Shown here piece by piece: positions 29,699 to 38,230 of a stretch of DNA of 60,670 nt. A program made the position numbers and the translations under genes. The stretch lies in the NCBI GenBank assembly GCA_964369355.1, contig CAYJEO010000001.1, forward strand, positions 31,090-91,759, in the 5' to 3' direction. This DNA is from an uncultured Muribaculaceae bacterium. GTDB lineage: Bacteria > Bacillota_I > Bacilli_A > RF39 > UBA660. Within the stretch, counting starts at the first letter, position 1, and every line of letters begins with the position of its first letter. The notes beneath the pieces are model-generated. The model worked only from the letters and a program-made list of their open reading frames with translations. It searched no databases and had not been told where the DNA came from.

Positions 29699-31029
29699 CC
29701 ATATGTATATTTATAAGTTGGTTCTAAATAATAGTTTTGCGAATTATAAATTTCTTCTAACGTCATTCCTAATTTGGCTTCTAGTTCAGTACCTAATATA
29801 GGTTCTTCTAAAATAGGAAATGATAAAATATAATATTGAATTCTATATCTTGAATAAACATCTACTACTTCTGTTCTATAAGATGAATTGCTTGCATCTA
29901 ATGAAGAATAATCTCTAAATGAAGTATAATCTGTATGACGTGTAAGTTCTACATCTTTATTAGGATAGTTTGATGGTGTTGTTGACGTATATGAACTATA
30001 GTTTCTTCTAGTACCATTGTACCAACGCCATTGCGTATCCTGATAAGAATACATTTTAACACTTTCTTTACTTTTTTCTGTATACTGGTCATCTGGTTGA
30101 TCTACTAAGTATTCTCCATTGTTATAATATACTTTATCTCCATCTTTATTTTCATAATACCATTGGTATCCTGTATCTGATTTAATAGAACGGTAATCTT
30201 TTTCCTCTGGATAATTAATTGACCACTCTGTATATTCTAATTTTATAGCTGTATTAGTATCTTTATTAGCATATCCTGCAGGTTGTTCTGAAGATAGATG
30301 CGAGTATTGCCCACCATTATCTTTATAAAATTTCCATTGTTGATCACTATATGAATAATAATTTTTTGTATCTTGTTCAATATTAGCTATTACTGCTTGT
30401 TCTGGAACATTTGGCAAGTCATCTTCGTCTAATGGTAAATAGTTATCATATTCTGATAATGTTTTGCTTACTTCACTTGATTCAAAATAATTTGTATAAC
30501 TAGTATTGTAAGTTTCTTTGTCATAATAATTATAGTAAGTAGTTACATCAACTAAATCTCTATTTGGTAATTTAGAAGTTTCACCACTCATTTTATATTT
30601 ATCTTCTGTTGTACATTCTCCGCAATTTGTTAAATTAAATGTTCTTATGTAGTCATCTTCTATTTTAGTTACTTTAACTTCTCCTGAGCAAGTTAAATCA
30701 TCGCACATAAATTCTGATGATTTAATATAACCTTCATCTATTAAGGTGTCAATTTCAACTATCACTGAAGTACCAGGTACTATTGGTAAAGTATTAGTAT
30801 CTTCTAAGTATAAATATGCTTTTTCTTTTGCTAAATCTTCTAAAGGAGCACATTTATTAGGTCCTAATGAAGATATAATAATAATTATTATCATTAATAC
30901 TATTAAAACTATCCCTGCTATAATAATTTTATTTTTATTCGTTTCATAAAAACTTTGTTTTGGAGCATCTGTTTCTACTACCATATAGCTTTTGTCTTCA
31001 TAAATTTTTTCTTTTTTTAAAAATTTCAT
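29692..31029 (-). CDS. Single-pass membrane protein with Cys-containing EGYI module and Tyr/Trp-rich repeats
   Basis: 445 aa. TM at aa 36-55. VEIDTLIDEGYIKSS...C..C motif resembling the pseudopilin at 53292. Two ~33-aa repeats YSY(S/Q)D.QW(K/R)(F/W)Y...YS...P..Y.NKD (nt 30259-30357 and 29953-30051). Confidence 0.45.
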   Translation of the reverse strand: MKFLKKEKIYEDKSYMVVETDAPKQSFYETNKNKIIIAGIVLIVLMIIIIIISSLGPNKCAPLEDLAKEKAYLYLEDTNTLPIVPGTSVIVEIDTLIDEGYIKSSEFMCDDLTCSGEVKVTKIEDDYIRTFNLTNCGECTTEDKYKMSGETSKLPNRDLVDVTTYYNYYDKETYNTSYTNYFESSEVSKTLSEYDNYLPLDEDDLPNVPEQAVIANIEQDTKNYYSYSDQQWKFYKDNGGQYSHLSSEQPAGYANKDTNTAIKLEYTEWSINYPEEKDYRSIKSDTGYQWYYENKDGDKVYYNNGEYLVDQPDDQYTEKSKESVKMYSYQDTQWRWYNGTRRNYSSYTSTTPSNYPNKDVELTRHTDYTSFRDYSSLDASNSSYRTEVVDVYSRYRIQYYILSFPILEEPILGTELEAKLGMTLEEIYNSQNYYLEPTYKYTYGK

Positions 31030-31076
31030 AATATCACCTAAAAAAATTATAACATATTTTCAATAATAAAAGAACT

Positions 31077-31295
31077 CTATTTTAAAGAGTCCTTTATTTT
31101 TTCTAGCATTTCTTCATTTGTATCTGTAATAATTGGTATGTTATTGACTATACAAACTACCTTTTTTCGTCCAATACCACACATATTGTGACATCCTTTT
31201 ATAATATTTGTATCTTTATTTAATTTATTTATATTATCGACTAAATAAGAAACATTAGTAGTTTTACATTTATTACATATTTTGATCTTGTTCAC
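31077..31295 (-). CDS. DUF1450 (YuzB-like) small Cys-rich protein
   Basis: 72 aa. CNKC...GCHNMCGIG...VNNIPI...EEMLEKI matches the C..N...GC..(Y/M)CG.C...VNG pattern of the YuzB family. Confidence 0.45.
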   Translation of the reverse strand: MNKIKICNKCKTTNVSYLVDNINKLNKDTNIIKGCHNMCGIGRKKVVCIVNNIPIITDTNEEMLEKIKDSLK

Positions 31296-31854
31296 AAATA
31301 ATTCCTATATCATCTTGTGATACTAAATGAGCATTTGCATCATCTGAATCAATATGCAATTCAAAGTATGCTGTTGGTGCAACTTTGATAGATACATTAT
31401 GTAATATACCACCTTTAAAACCACCTAATTTAACGCTATATAGTTTTTTAGCATCTAATCCTAATTCATTTAATTTTTCTTCTGTTATATGAATATGTCT
31501 AGTAGCAATAATACAACAATCTTTAGTTACTTCACCATTTGGTCCAACAATTGTTACAACCGCTCCACCTAAAACATCTCCAGATTCTCTAACAGGAGGA
31601 TTAACTCCTAATTTATAAGCATCTGTTTTTGCTATTTCTACTTGTGAATAACTTCTTAAAGGACCTAAAACTCTAACATTTTTTATTTCACTTTTTTCTG
31701 TTTTAATAGTTACTACTTGTTCAGATGCGAATTCTCCTACTTGATTTAATGCTTTTTTCATAACTAAGTCATGACCAAATAAAATATCTAAATCTTCTTT
31801 TGATAAATGTACATGTTTATTTGATACTCCAATTTTTATTTCCATTTCTATCAC
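31273..31854 (-). CDS. pduL: Phosphate propanoyl/acetyltransferase PduL
   Basis: Two PduL repeats with GVSNKHVHLS and IATRHIHI motifs. 193 aa. Confidence 0.85.
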   Translation of the reverse strand: MIEMEIKIGVSNKHVHLSKEDLDILFGHDLVMKKALNQVGEFASEQVVTIKTEKSEIKNVRVLGPLRSYSQVEIAKTDAYKLGVNPPVRESGDVLGGAVVTIVGPNGEVTKDCCIIATRHIHITEEKLNELGLDAKKLYSVKLGGFKGGILHNVSIKVAPTAYFELHIDSDDANAHLVSQDDIGIICEQDQNM

Positions 31855-31936
31855 CTTGTTAATTATACCAAAAATGAATAAAAAGATAAATATTTAATCA
31901 TAAAAAAACAGCTTTCTAATATTATTTATTGAAGGG

Positions 31937-32230
31937 ATGTATACAATGAATAACTATTATAATCCTTATATGGAACAAAATTATTTTTATGAATTAGATC
32001 AATTACAAAGGGTATTAGAATTATCTAATAAAAGTAAAGTTAAAATTTATATGAGTTTTCCTCACTTATCTGAAGGAAACGAATTTGAAGGTATTATCGA
32101 AAAAGTTGGTAAAGATTATATATTATTAAGTAGCCCAAAATCATCTAAATTTTGTTTATTACCTACTATATATATTAACTATGTTGTTTTTGAAGAAAAT
32201 ATAATTGAAAATTTTAAAAAAAACATATAA
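31937..32230 (+). CDS. Spore coat protein GerQ-like
   Basis: EQNYFYE...LELSNKSKVKIYMSF...EFEGIIEKVGKDYILLSSP...LLPTIYINYVVFEE parallels the conserved C-terminal GerQ/YwdL domain (EQSYIENILR...ATVYMTF...F.G.IEAAGRDHII.S.P...LLL..YLDYITF.E). Confidence 0.55.
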   Translation: MYTMNNYYNPYMEQNYFYELDQLQRVLELSNKSKVKIYMSFPHLSEGNEFEGIIEKVGKDYILLSSPKSSKFCLLPTIYINYVVFEENIIENFKKNI

Positions 32231-32260
32231 AAAACTATTGATTTTTTCAATAGTTTTATT
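32229..32260. terminator. Bidirectional terminator
   Basis: AAACTATTGA-ttttt-TCAATAGTTT hairpin (32232-32256) between convergent genes. Confidence 0.65.
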
Positions 32261-33335
32261 TTGTAATCCATCTTTCCCATCTTGCATTGGCAAAATTACC
32301 AAAGTAATTATCTATTATTGAATCTAAATAAATAGCTTTTTCATTGATTCCATATCCAGCATTCATAAAAGTTTTTTTATATGTTCTAAACATTAAATCA
32401 GAAAACAACTCTGCTCTATCCTCTAATTCGTTTGTTTTAGCGTATTGAGATACAAAATCCATATCTTTTATATCTATTTCTGTGTCAATCCATGTATATT
32501 GATTATTCATTGTCCCATAAGTAAATCCTGCAGGATTAAATGTATTCCATTCAGGAAAGGCATCACTTCCTCCATTTTGCCAGTACATATATCTATCCAT
32601 TAAATGAAATGTTTCATGGTATAAAATACGACTTACTAAAGTAGTATCAACATCTAAAACTATTCTATAACTCCCGTATGGTTGGAAAATAGCATAACCG
32701 GCTTTTTTATCAGGTAATTCTTTTAATATATGAATACTATATCCTACTTCCATTCTTAACGTGTCAAATATACTTTTAGGAAAATGACCTAGTGCTGTTT
32801 TTAATTCCCTTAGAAAACTATTTAATTTTTCTGCATCTGCTTCTGTTGTCTTTAAAGAACTTACTCCATTATATGTATAGTATGCTTTGTCATCATATAA
32901 AACTGATACTTGATACATATTTAGTATATCTTGAGCTAACTGCTTATTTTCTTCTATATATCCTACATCTTGAGGTTCTTCTGGTTTAATTTCTGGTTCT
33001 ACTTCTGGTGTTGTTTCTTCTGGTTTTGTTTCTTCTTCAGGTGTTGTTTCAACTTCAGGTGTTGTTTCTACTTCTGTTTTCATTTCTTCTTCTGGTGTTG
33101 TTTCTTCTTGGTTTTGCTCCGTATTATTTTCACCTAAGTTATTATCAGGTTTTTCATTTTCTTCTTTTGATTCAGTATCATTTTCTACATTATTGTTATC
33201 TATATTATTTTCTTCTTTTTCAGTATTTTTTTTTAGATTAGTATGTACGTCAAAATGCACAAATAAAATTAATAATAATAAAATTGCAATAAAAATTATA
33301 CTAATAATCTTTGTTTTTTTATTGATTTTAAACAT
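32256..33335 (-). CDS. Membrane-anchored protein with acidic Thr/Pro/Glu repeat linker and HExxH (putative zinc metallopeptidase) domain
   Basis: N-terminal TM helix. TTPEVE/TTPEEE/TKPEE repeats. HETFH at nt 32604-32618, with ELEDRAE downstream as a possible third ligand region. Confidence 0.45.
   Translation of the reverse strand: MFKINKKTKIISIIFIAILLLLILFVHFDVHTNLKKNTEKEENNIDNNNVENDTESKEENEKPDNNLGENNTEQNQEETTPEEEMKTEVETTPEVETTPEEETKPEETTPEVEPEIKPEEPQDVGYIEENKQLAQDILNMYQVSVLYDDKAYYTYNGVSSLKTTEADAEKLNSFLRELKTALGHFPKSIFDTLRMEVGYSIHILKELPDKKAGYAIFQPYGSYRIVLDVDTTLVSRILYHETFHLMDRYMYWQNGGSDAFPEWNTFNPAGFTYGTMNNQYTWIDTEIDIKDMDFVSQYAKTNELEDRAELFSDLMFRTYKKTFMNAGYGINEKAIYLDSIIDNYFGNFANARWERWITK
32970..33101 (-). 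repeat. Imperfect in-frame tandem repeats encoding (T)TPE(V/E)E units
   Basis: Plus strand shows reiterated ggtgttgtttc(t/a)(t/a)cttc units. Translated: TPEEEMKTEVETTPEVETTPEEETKPEETTPEVEPEIKPEEPQ. Confidence 0.6.
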
Positions 33336-33407
33336 AATATCACCTACTAATAATTATATAATAAATTCAATATTAATACTAGTTTTCATTTTAATTTATA
33401 AATAAGA

Positions 33408-33436
33408 TTGTATAAACATTTAACTTTTGTTATAAT
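33408..33436 (+). promoter_or_regulatory. Putative promoter of lemA
   Basis: TTGTAT-17 nt-TATAAT with an extended -10 TG (tgtTATAAT). Confidence 0.5.
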
Positions 33437-33452
33437 AAATTAAGGTGATAGT

Positions 33453-33998
33453 ATGGATAGTATGTTAATTATTTTTCTAGTTTTAATTATTTTTAGTTTT
33501 TTAGGGATATGGGCTTTATCTACTTATAATAGATTCCAAGAGTTTATTATTAGAATGAATGAAGCTGAATCTAATATAGATGCAACTTTAAGAAAAAGAT
33601 TTGACTTACTTAATAAAGCTGCTTCTATAATAAGAACAACTATTGAAGGTAAAGAAGATGCTTTAAACATTATTGAAAAAATACGTTCTAAAAAAATATC
33701 TAATTTTGATTTAGATAGACAAATATATGAAGCTATCAATGAATTTGAAGTTTATAAGTTAGAATATAAAGAACTAAAAAAAATAGATGATTTTGTTAAA
33801 ATTGATTATTCTTTACAAGAAACTGAAGCTGAAATAATTGCTTTCAGAAAATATTATAATGAAATAATTACTAGTTATAACAAAATGATTATAACTTTCC
33901 CGTCTGTAATAGTTGCTAGTTTAAAAAAATACAATGCTAAATTATATTATGATGGCAAAGATATGTCAGATGATGATATTGAAGATATGAAAGTATAA
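33453..33998 (+). CDS. lemA: LemA family protein
   Basis: N-terminal TM helix, then YNRFQEFIIRMNEAESNIDATLRKRFDLLNK, the typical LemA core. Confidence 0.8.
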   Translation: MDSMLIIFLVLIIFSFLGIWALSTYNRFQEFIIRMNEAESNIDATLRKRFDLLNKAASIIRTTIEGKEDALNIIEKIRSKKISNFDLDRQIYEAINEFEVYKLEYKELKKIDDFVKIDYSLQETEAEIIAFRKYYNEIITSYNKMIITFPSVIVASLKKYNAKLYYDGKDMSDDDIEDMKV

Positions 33999-34026
33999 GA
34001 AAAAGGAAAATTATTTTCCTTTTTTT
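33999..34026. terminator. Bidirectional terminator between lemA and divIC
   Basis: AGGAAAA-tta-TTTTCCT hairpin (34004-34020) with flanking A/T runs. Confidence 0.55.
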
Positions 34027-34448
34027 GTTTCTGTTTTATCTTTTTTAAATATTATAAATAAAATAATTGCAGTAGATACACCTATTATCACGCCTATTAC
34101 TTTAGACTGATTATATTCTTGTTCTACTTCTTTTAACTCATTTTCAGTTTCTTCTATTTTTATTATATATTCTCCTTCTTTAGAATATAAATAATTTTCC
34201 CTTGCATATCTTGCTAAGTAATCTTCATCTTGTAATTTTACTAACTCTTCTGCTAATTGTTCTTTTGTGTCAATTAAAATCTCTTTTGTTTCTTCTAAAT
34301 ATTGCTTCTCATTTTGTAACTCATATATTTTAAATGCATATGAAAATATAGTGTATATTGAATAACCAATTAAGATAATACAAATAGGACCAGTTATAGC
34401 TAATCTTCTAACTGCTCTTTTTACTTTTACTCTTTTTTTAACAGCCAT
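34011..34448 (-). CDS. divIC: Septum formation initiator (DivIC/FtsB family) with an extra C-terminal TM segment
   Basis: TM helix, coiled coil (IYELQNEKQYLEETKEIL...), then DEDYLARYARENYLYSKEGEYIIKI, the FtsB/DivIC signature. Sits directly after yabP-yabQ as in B. subtilis. Second hydrophobic helix VIGVIIGVSTAIILFIIF near the C-terminus. Confidence 0.75.
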   Translation of the reverse strand: MAVKKRVKVKRAVRRLAITGPICIILIGYSIYTIFSYAFKIYELQNEKQYLEETKEILIDTKEQLAEELVKLQDEDYLARYARENYLYSKEGEYIIKIEETENELKEVEQEYNQSKVIGVIIGVSTAIILFIIFKKDKTETKKGK

Positions 34449-34488
34449 ATAACTCCCCCTATAGTAAGGTAATTATATCACTTATATT

Positions 34489-34761
34489 TTATTTTTTCAA
34501 TTTTTTTTCAACAAAACTACTTAATGTAAATCCAATAGCAATAAATATTAAAGAATAATAATGTATTATTGCATTGTTGATTTTATTTATTTCTATAAAA
34601 TAAATAATTGATGATAACAATATTATTGAAAAACTAGATAATATTTTAATAATTTTATTTTTATTATATATTAATTTATAATTAACCGATAAAAATAAGG
34701 AAAATATAATTCCAAATATAAAAGAAAATATAATTAATTCAATTTGTGTCCTTAAAATCAT
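34489..34761 (-). CDS. yabQ: Spore cortex biosynthesis protein YabQ
   Basis: 90-aa polytopic membrane protein overlapping yabP by 4 nt. Position and size match yabQ. Confidence 0.65.
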   Translation of the reverse strand: MILRTQIELIIFSFIFGIIFSLFLSVNYKLIYNKNKIIKILSSFSIILLSSIIYFIEINKINNAIIHYYSLIFIAIGFTLSSFVEKKLKK

Positions 34762-35039
34762 TTGAATAATTTAGAAATAAAACTATCTTCCTTTTTCTTT
34801 TTATTACTATCTAAATAAGTTAAACTGTTCAATATTCCTTTTATTGCAACATTTCCAGAATTTGTATCTAGTTTAATTATTTCCAATTCATTTCCTTTTA
34901 TATGCATAAATCCCATATTTGTTTCTAATAAAAATTCTTCTTCATCAAAGTTTTCTATTTTTTTTACTCCACTTAAGTTTATAGTTTTTCTTTCATTAAT
35001 TGATATAGAATGTTTAGATATATTAAATTTTTCTTCCAT
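34758..35039 (-). CDS. yabP: Sporulation protein YabP
   Basis: HSISINERKTINLSGVKKIENFDEEEFLLETNMGFMHIKGNELEIIKLD fits the YabP family pattern. Confidence 0.8.
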   Translation of the reverse strand: MEEKFNISKHSISINERKTINLSGVKKIENFDEEEFLLETNMGFMHIKGNELEIIKLDTNSGNVAIKGILNSLTYLDSNKKKKEDSFISKLFK

Positions 35040-35103
35040 TCGATCACCTAATCAATTATATGATTTTTAATTTTTTATATGAAAAAAAGAGTTTTATAAA
35101 CTC

Positions 35104-35361
35104 TTATTCAGCATTTTTATAAGCTTCTAAAATTGCTTCTTCAAACATCTTTCTTCCTTCTGGATTGATCGGGTGAGCTATATCTCTATATCCTCCTGTT
35201 GCTGTTTTTCTGCTAGGCATAGCGATAAATAAACCGTTGTCTCCTTCGATGATTCTAATATCATGAATAGCTAGGCATTCATCAATTAAAACTGATGCTA
35301 ATCCTTTCATTCTAGAATCTTCTTTTTCAACTTTACGTACATTTACTGATGTTATTTTCAT
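35104..35361 (-). CDS. spoVG: Septation protein SpoVG
   Basis: MKITSVNVRKVE...GLASVLIDECLAIHDIRIIEGDNGLFIAMPSRK...YRDIAHPIN. The track start (35379) is a TTG within the GGGAGA RBS, so ATG 35361 is used. Confidence 0.9.
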   Translation of the reverse strand: MKITSVNVRKVEKEDSRMKGLASVLIDECLAIHDIRIIEGDNGLFIAMPSRKTATGGYRDIAHPINPEGRKMFEEAILEAYKNAE

Positions 35362-35460
35362 ATAACCATCTCCCTTCAAGAATTTTACTACAATTAAAGT
35401 ATATACCTTTTTGTTAACTTTTGCAAGTTTTTGTCGTATTTAAAAAAAACTACTTGTTAT

Positions 35461-36177
35461 TTAAGTAGTTTTTGTCTCTAATGCTGCAAAATATTTTATC
35501 ATTTCGAATTTCATTTCTTCATTGATTTCTATCTTATATAATTTTTTAATTGTTGCTTTTCGGTCATATTTTATTTTAATACAATATTGAATAATAGATT
35601 TTTTTATATTTTTTTTATATAAACTATAATTATTTAACAATATTGCTGCTAATTTATGTTTATCTCCATTAAAGTGATTTAAATTAAACATTATATTTTT
35701 GTAATTATATTTTATTTTTAATTTATTTAAAGTATCTAATACTTCTACAACTTTATTATGATCATTTTGTCTAGTGACTGCTAAAAAGGCGTTATCAATA
35801 CAATTTATATTATCTGTATTTAAACAATTAATTAAATAATCATATGTTTTTTTTGATTTGAATTTTACCTTAGCTAATAAGAAAGTAAAGTATATTTTTT
35901 TATTAGGTTTTTGTTTATCATAATAAACTGCTAATTTATCAAATATAAATTCATAATCATTTATATTTATTGTTACTTCATTTCTTTCATAAATGTCATC
36001 AAATATTAAAATATTTTCTATATTTTTTAATCGATTATATATTTTGTTTTCAACATTTTTTTGTTTGTTATCTAGTTTTATTATAAGTTTTAAAAGTTTT
36101 CTTTCTCTATTTTTATCCAGATTATAAATTTTAAAACAAATAATAACTAATAATATTATTATAAGTGCTATTTCCAT
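35461..36177 (-). CDS. Hypothetical Lys/Asn-rich membrane-anchored protein
   Basis: 238-aa ORF with an N-terminal TM helix and no motif I recognise. Sits between veg and spoVG. Confidence 0.4.
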   Translation of the reverse strand: MEIALIIILLVIICFKIYNLDKNRERKLLKLIIKLDNKQKNVENKIYNRLKNIENILIFDDIYERNEVTININDYEFIFDKLAVYYDKQKPNKKIYFTFLLAKVKFKSKKTYDYLINCLNTDNINCIDNAFLAVTRQNDHNKVVEVLDTLNKLKIKYNYKNIMFNLNHFNGDKHKLAAILLNNYSLYKKNIKKSIIQYCIKIKYDRKATIKKLYKIEINEEMKFEMIKYFAALETKTT

Positions 36178-36271
36178 GTTTTCATCCTGTTCTATTATCT
36201 ACTGCAGAAATACAATTATAATATATTTTTACTATTATAGTCAATTGATTTTAATAAGTTTACATATATTT

Positions 36272-36493
36272 TTACACATCTATTTTGATTATTTTTGTTA
36301 TAACATCTGAATACTTAAATGATTTTATTTCCGGATATATTTCTCTATTTAATTTAACTAAAAATATATAGTCATAAGTCTCTTCAATCGTTGCTTTATA
36401 TGTTTCATATTTGTTTCTTCCTAAACTATATTTTATAGAAATTTGTTTTCCTTTTATATTTTCAATTTCATTTTTCACTTTTTCTATTGTCAT
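36272..36493 (-). CDS. veg: Veg protein (biofilm formation stimulator)
   Basis: 73 aa. IKGKQISIKYSLGRNKYETYKATIEETYDYIFLVKL...FKYSDVIT parallels B. subtilis Veg. Lies directly after yabG as in B. subtilis. Confidence 0.75.
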   Translation of the reverse strand: MTIEKVKNEIENIKGKQISIKYSLGRNKYETYKATIEETYDYIFLVKLNREIYPEIKSFKYSDVITKIIKIDV

Positions 36494-37266
36494 CTAGGAT
36501 ACCCCACATACATTGTTCCTTTTGTAATTATTCCACCTATTCCAGCAGAGCCATATTTTGTTATTTCTAATATACCTTTTAAATCTATATCTGAAGTTGA
36601 CTCTGTTAAACTTAATCGTGATGCAACTATAGCGGGATCTAACGCGTGAATGTTTACTCTTTTTGGACTAGAAGCAAAGTTTGCTCCCGCTTTTAATAAT
36701 TCTTCATAGTCAGATTGGCATGCCCCTGCTATTATTATTAGTTTTTGGTGGCTACTTTCATACTTTCTTGCTTCGATAACTGAATTAACAAAATGAATAC
36801 TGTTTTTGTAAGCTGTTATATCATTTAATTCGCCCTTACTTTTATAATATGCATCATGCCCTGTTATTACTAATATCGTTGGATTCACTTCATTTAATAA
36901 AGTTTCTAAATTATTTGCTATCTCATTTTCTTTTAACACTTTACCTACTGCCCATATATTATTATTTTCATAATATTTTAAACACTTATTTAAATAATCA
37001 CTGTCACCGTCTATATGCAATATTTTACCAGGTAAGTAAAAGTAATCATCTCTATTAAATTCTTTTGCTAGTCCAATTCTTTCTTCAAATTCTTTATCTT
37101 CAATATCTTCTTTTACCAGTTGTAAATCTAATATAGGACTATCTGCTAATAATCTAATACTCATTCCTTTTAAATATACTGTTTCGTCTTCTATATTAGT
37201 AATTATAAAAACTAAATCATTGTCATATGATTTTCTTGTAACTAAATCTCCTATTTTAAAATTCAT
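36490..37266 (-). CDS. yabG: Sporulation-specific peptidase YabG
   Basis: MNFKIGDLVTRKSYDNDLVFII matches the YabG N-terminus. LHIDGD...ILVITGHDAY...IIAGACQS core. Start moved to 37266 (GGTGATAAT ATG). Confidence 0.8.
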   Translation of the reverse strand: MNFKIGDLVTRKSYDNDLVFIITNIEDETVYLKGMSIRLLADSPILDLQLVKEDIEDKEFEERIGLAKEFNRDDYFYLPGKILHIDGDSDYLNKCLKYYENNNIWAVGKVLKENEIANNLETLLNEVNPTILVITGHDAYYKSKGELNDITAYKNSIHFVNSVIEARKYESSHQKLIIIAGACQSDYEELLKAGANFASSPKRVNIHALDPAIVASRLSLTESTSDIDLKGILEITKYGSAGIGGIITKGTMYVGYPR

Positions 37267-37330
37267 ATTATCACCCATCTAATTGTATGATGGATATTTT
37301 TATATATGAAAAAAAGTAGAATTTCTTCTA

Positions 37331-38230
37331 CTATATTTTTAAATGACGTTTTACTGCTCTATAACTACCAAATACACCAACTACTACCCCTATTGAAAGT
37401 AATATTGCTGATACTTGATACATGAATGGGTTCGGATCTATTAATTTAATGAATTGTGAGAATAATTGCCCATCAAAATTATTATATAAAGCTGTATAAC
37501 CATATACTGTAATTACTATTGGAATTATTGAACCTATTACTGATAAAATTAACCCTTCTACTATAAAAGGTATTTTAATATTTAAGTTAGATGCTCCAAC
37601 TAAACGCATTATATCTATTTCTTTTTTTCTTGAAAATATTGTAATTTTAATTGTGTTTGAAATTAAGAATGCTGTTACTACTACTAAAGCTATAACTATT
37701 GCTATTCCTACTTGTTGAACAATATCAAATAAACTTATTAATTGTTCTACCATTCCTTCACCGTATTTTACTATATCTACATATTCAATTTCTTCGACAA
37801 TTTTCGCAATTGCTCCAATTTGTTCTATATCTTTAACTTTAATTAAATAAGTATCTTGGATTGGACTTGTTGCTTCTGTATAACCTTCCATAATGTTTTT
37901 AAATACTTCTGAAGATTCCATCATTTCTTGTGATATTTCCATTTTTGATTCAAATGTATATGTATCTACACCATCTATTTTTTTTATATCTGCTTCTACT
38001 GCTTCTTTTTGCTCTTCTGTTATATCAACATCTAGAAATGCTACTATAGTTACATCTCTTTCAACTTCTTTTGCAAAATTATTAACATTTTGTGAAGATA
38101 TTATAGATAATGACACAACAATTAAAGTAATTGTAATACTTACTGTTGATGCTGCCGATAATGAGAAATTTCTAAAAACGCTTCTAAAAGAATCTCTAAT
38201 ACTTCTAGATAATATTCTTAATGCTTTCAT
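37331..38230 (-). CDS. ftsX: Cell division ABC transporter permease FtsX
   Basis: Four TM segments with a large first extracellular loop, directly after ftsE. ATG at 38230 is preceded by AAAGGAAAA (the track start is TTG 38251). Confidence 0.85.
   Translation of the reverse strand: MKALRILSRSIRDSFRSVFRNFSLSAASTVSITITLIVVSLSIISSQNVNNFAKEVERDVTIVAFLDVDITEEQKEAVEADIKKIDGVDTYTFESKMEISQEMMESSEVFKNIMEGYTEATSPIQDTYLIKVKDIEQIGAIAKIVEEIEYVDIVKYGEGMVEQLISLFDIVQQVGIAIVIALVVVTAFLISNTIKITIFSRKKEIDIMRLVGASNLNIKIPFIVEGLILSVIGSIIPIVITVYGYTALYNNFDGQLFSQFIKLIDPNPFMYQVSAILLSIGVVVGVFGSYRAVKRHLKI

Noticed and set aside
32970-33101. Reiterated ggtgttgtttc units considered as a CRISPR-like or satellite array.
   Set aside because: The units are short, imperfect and contiguous without spacers. 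They lie in frame within a CDS, where they encode an acidic TPE linker.
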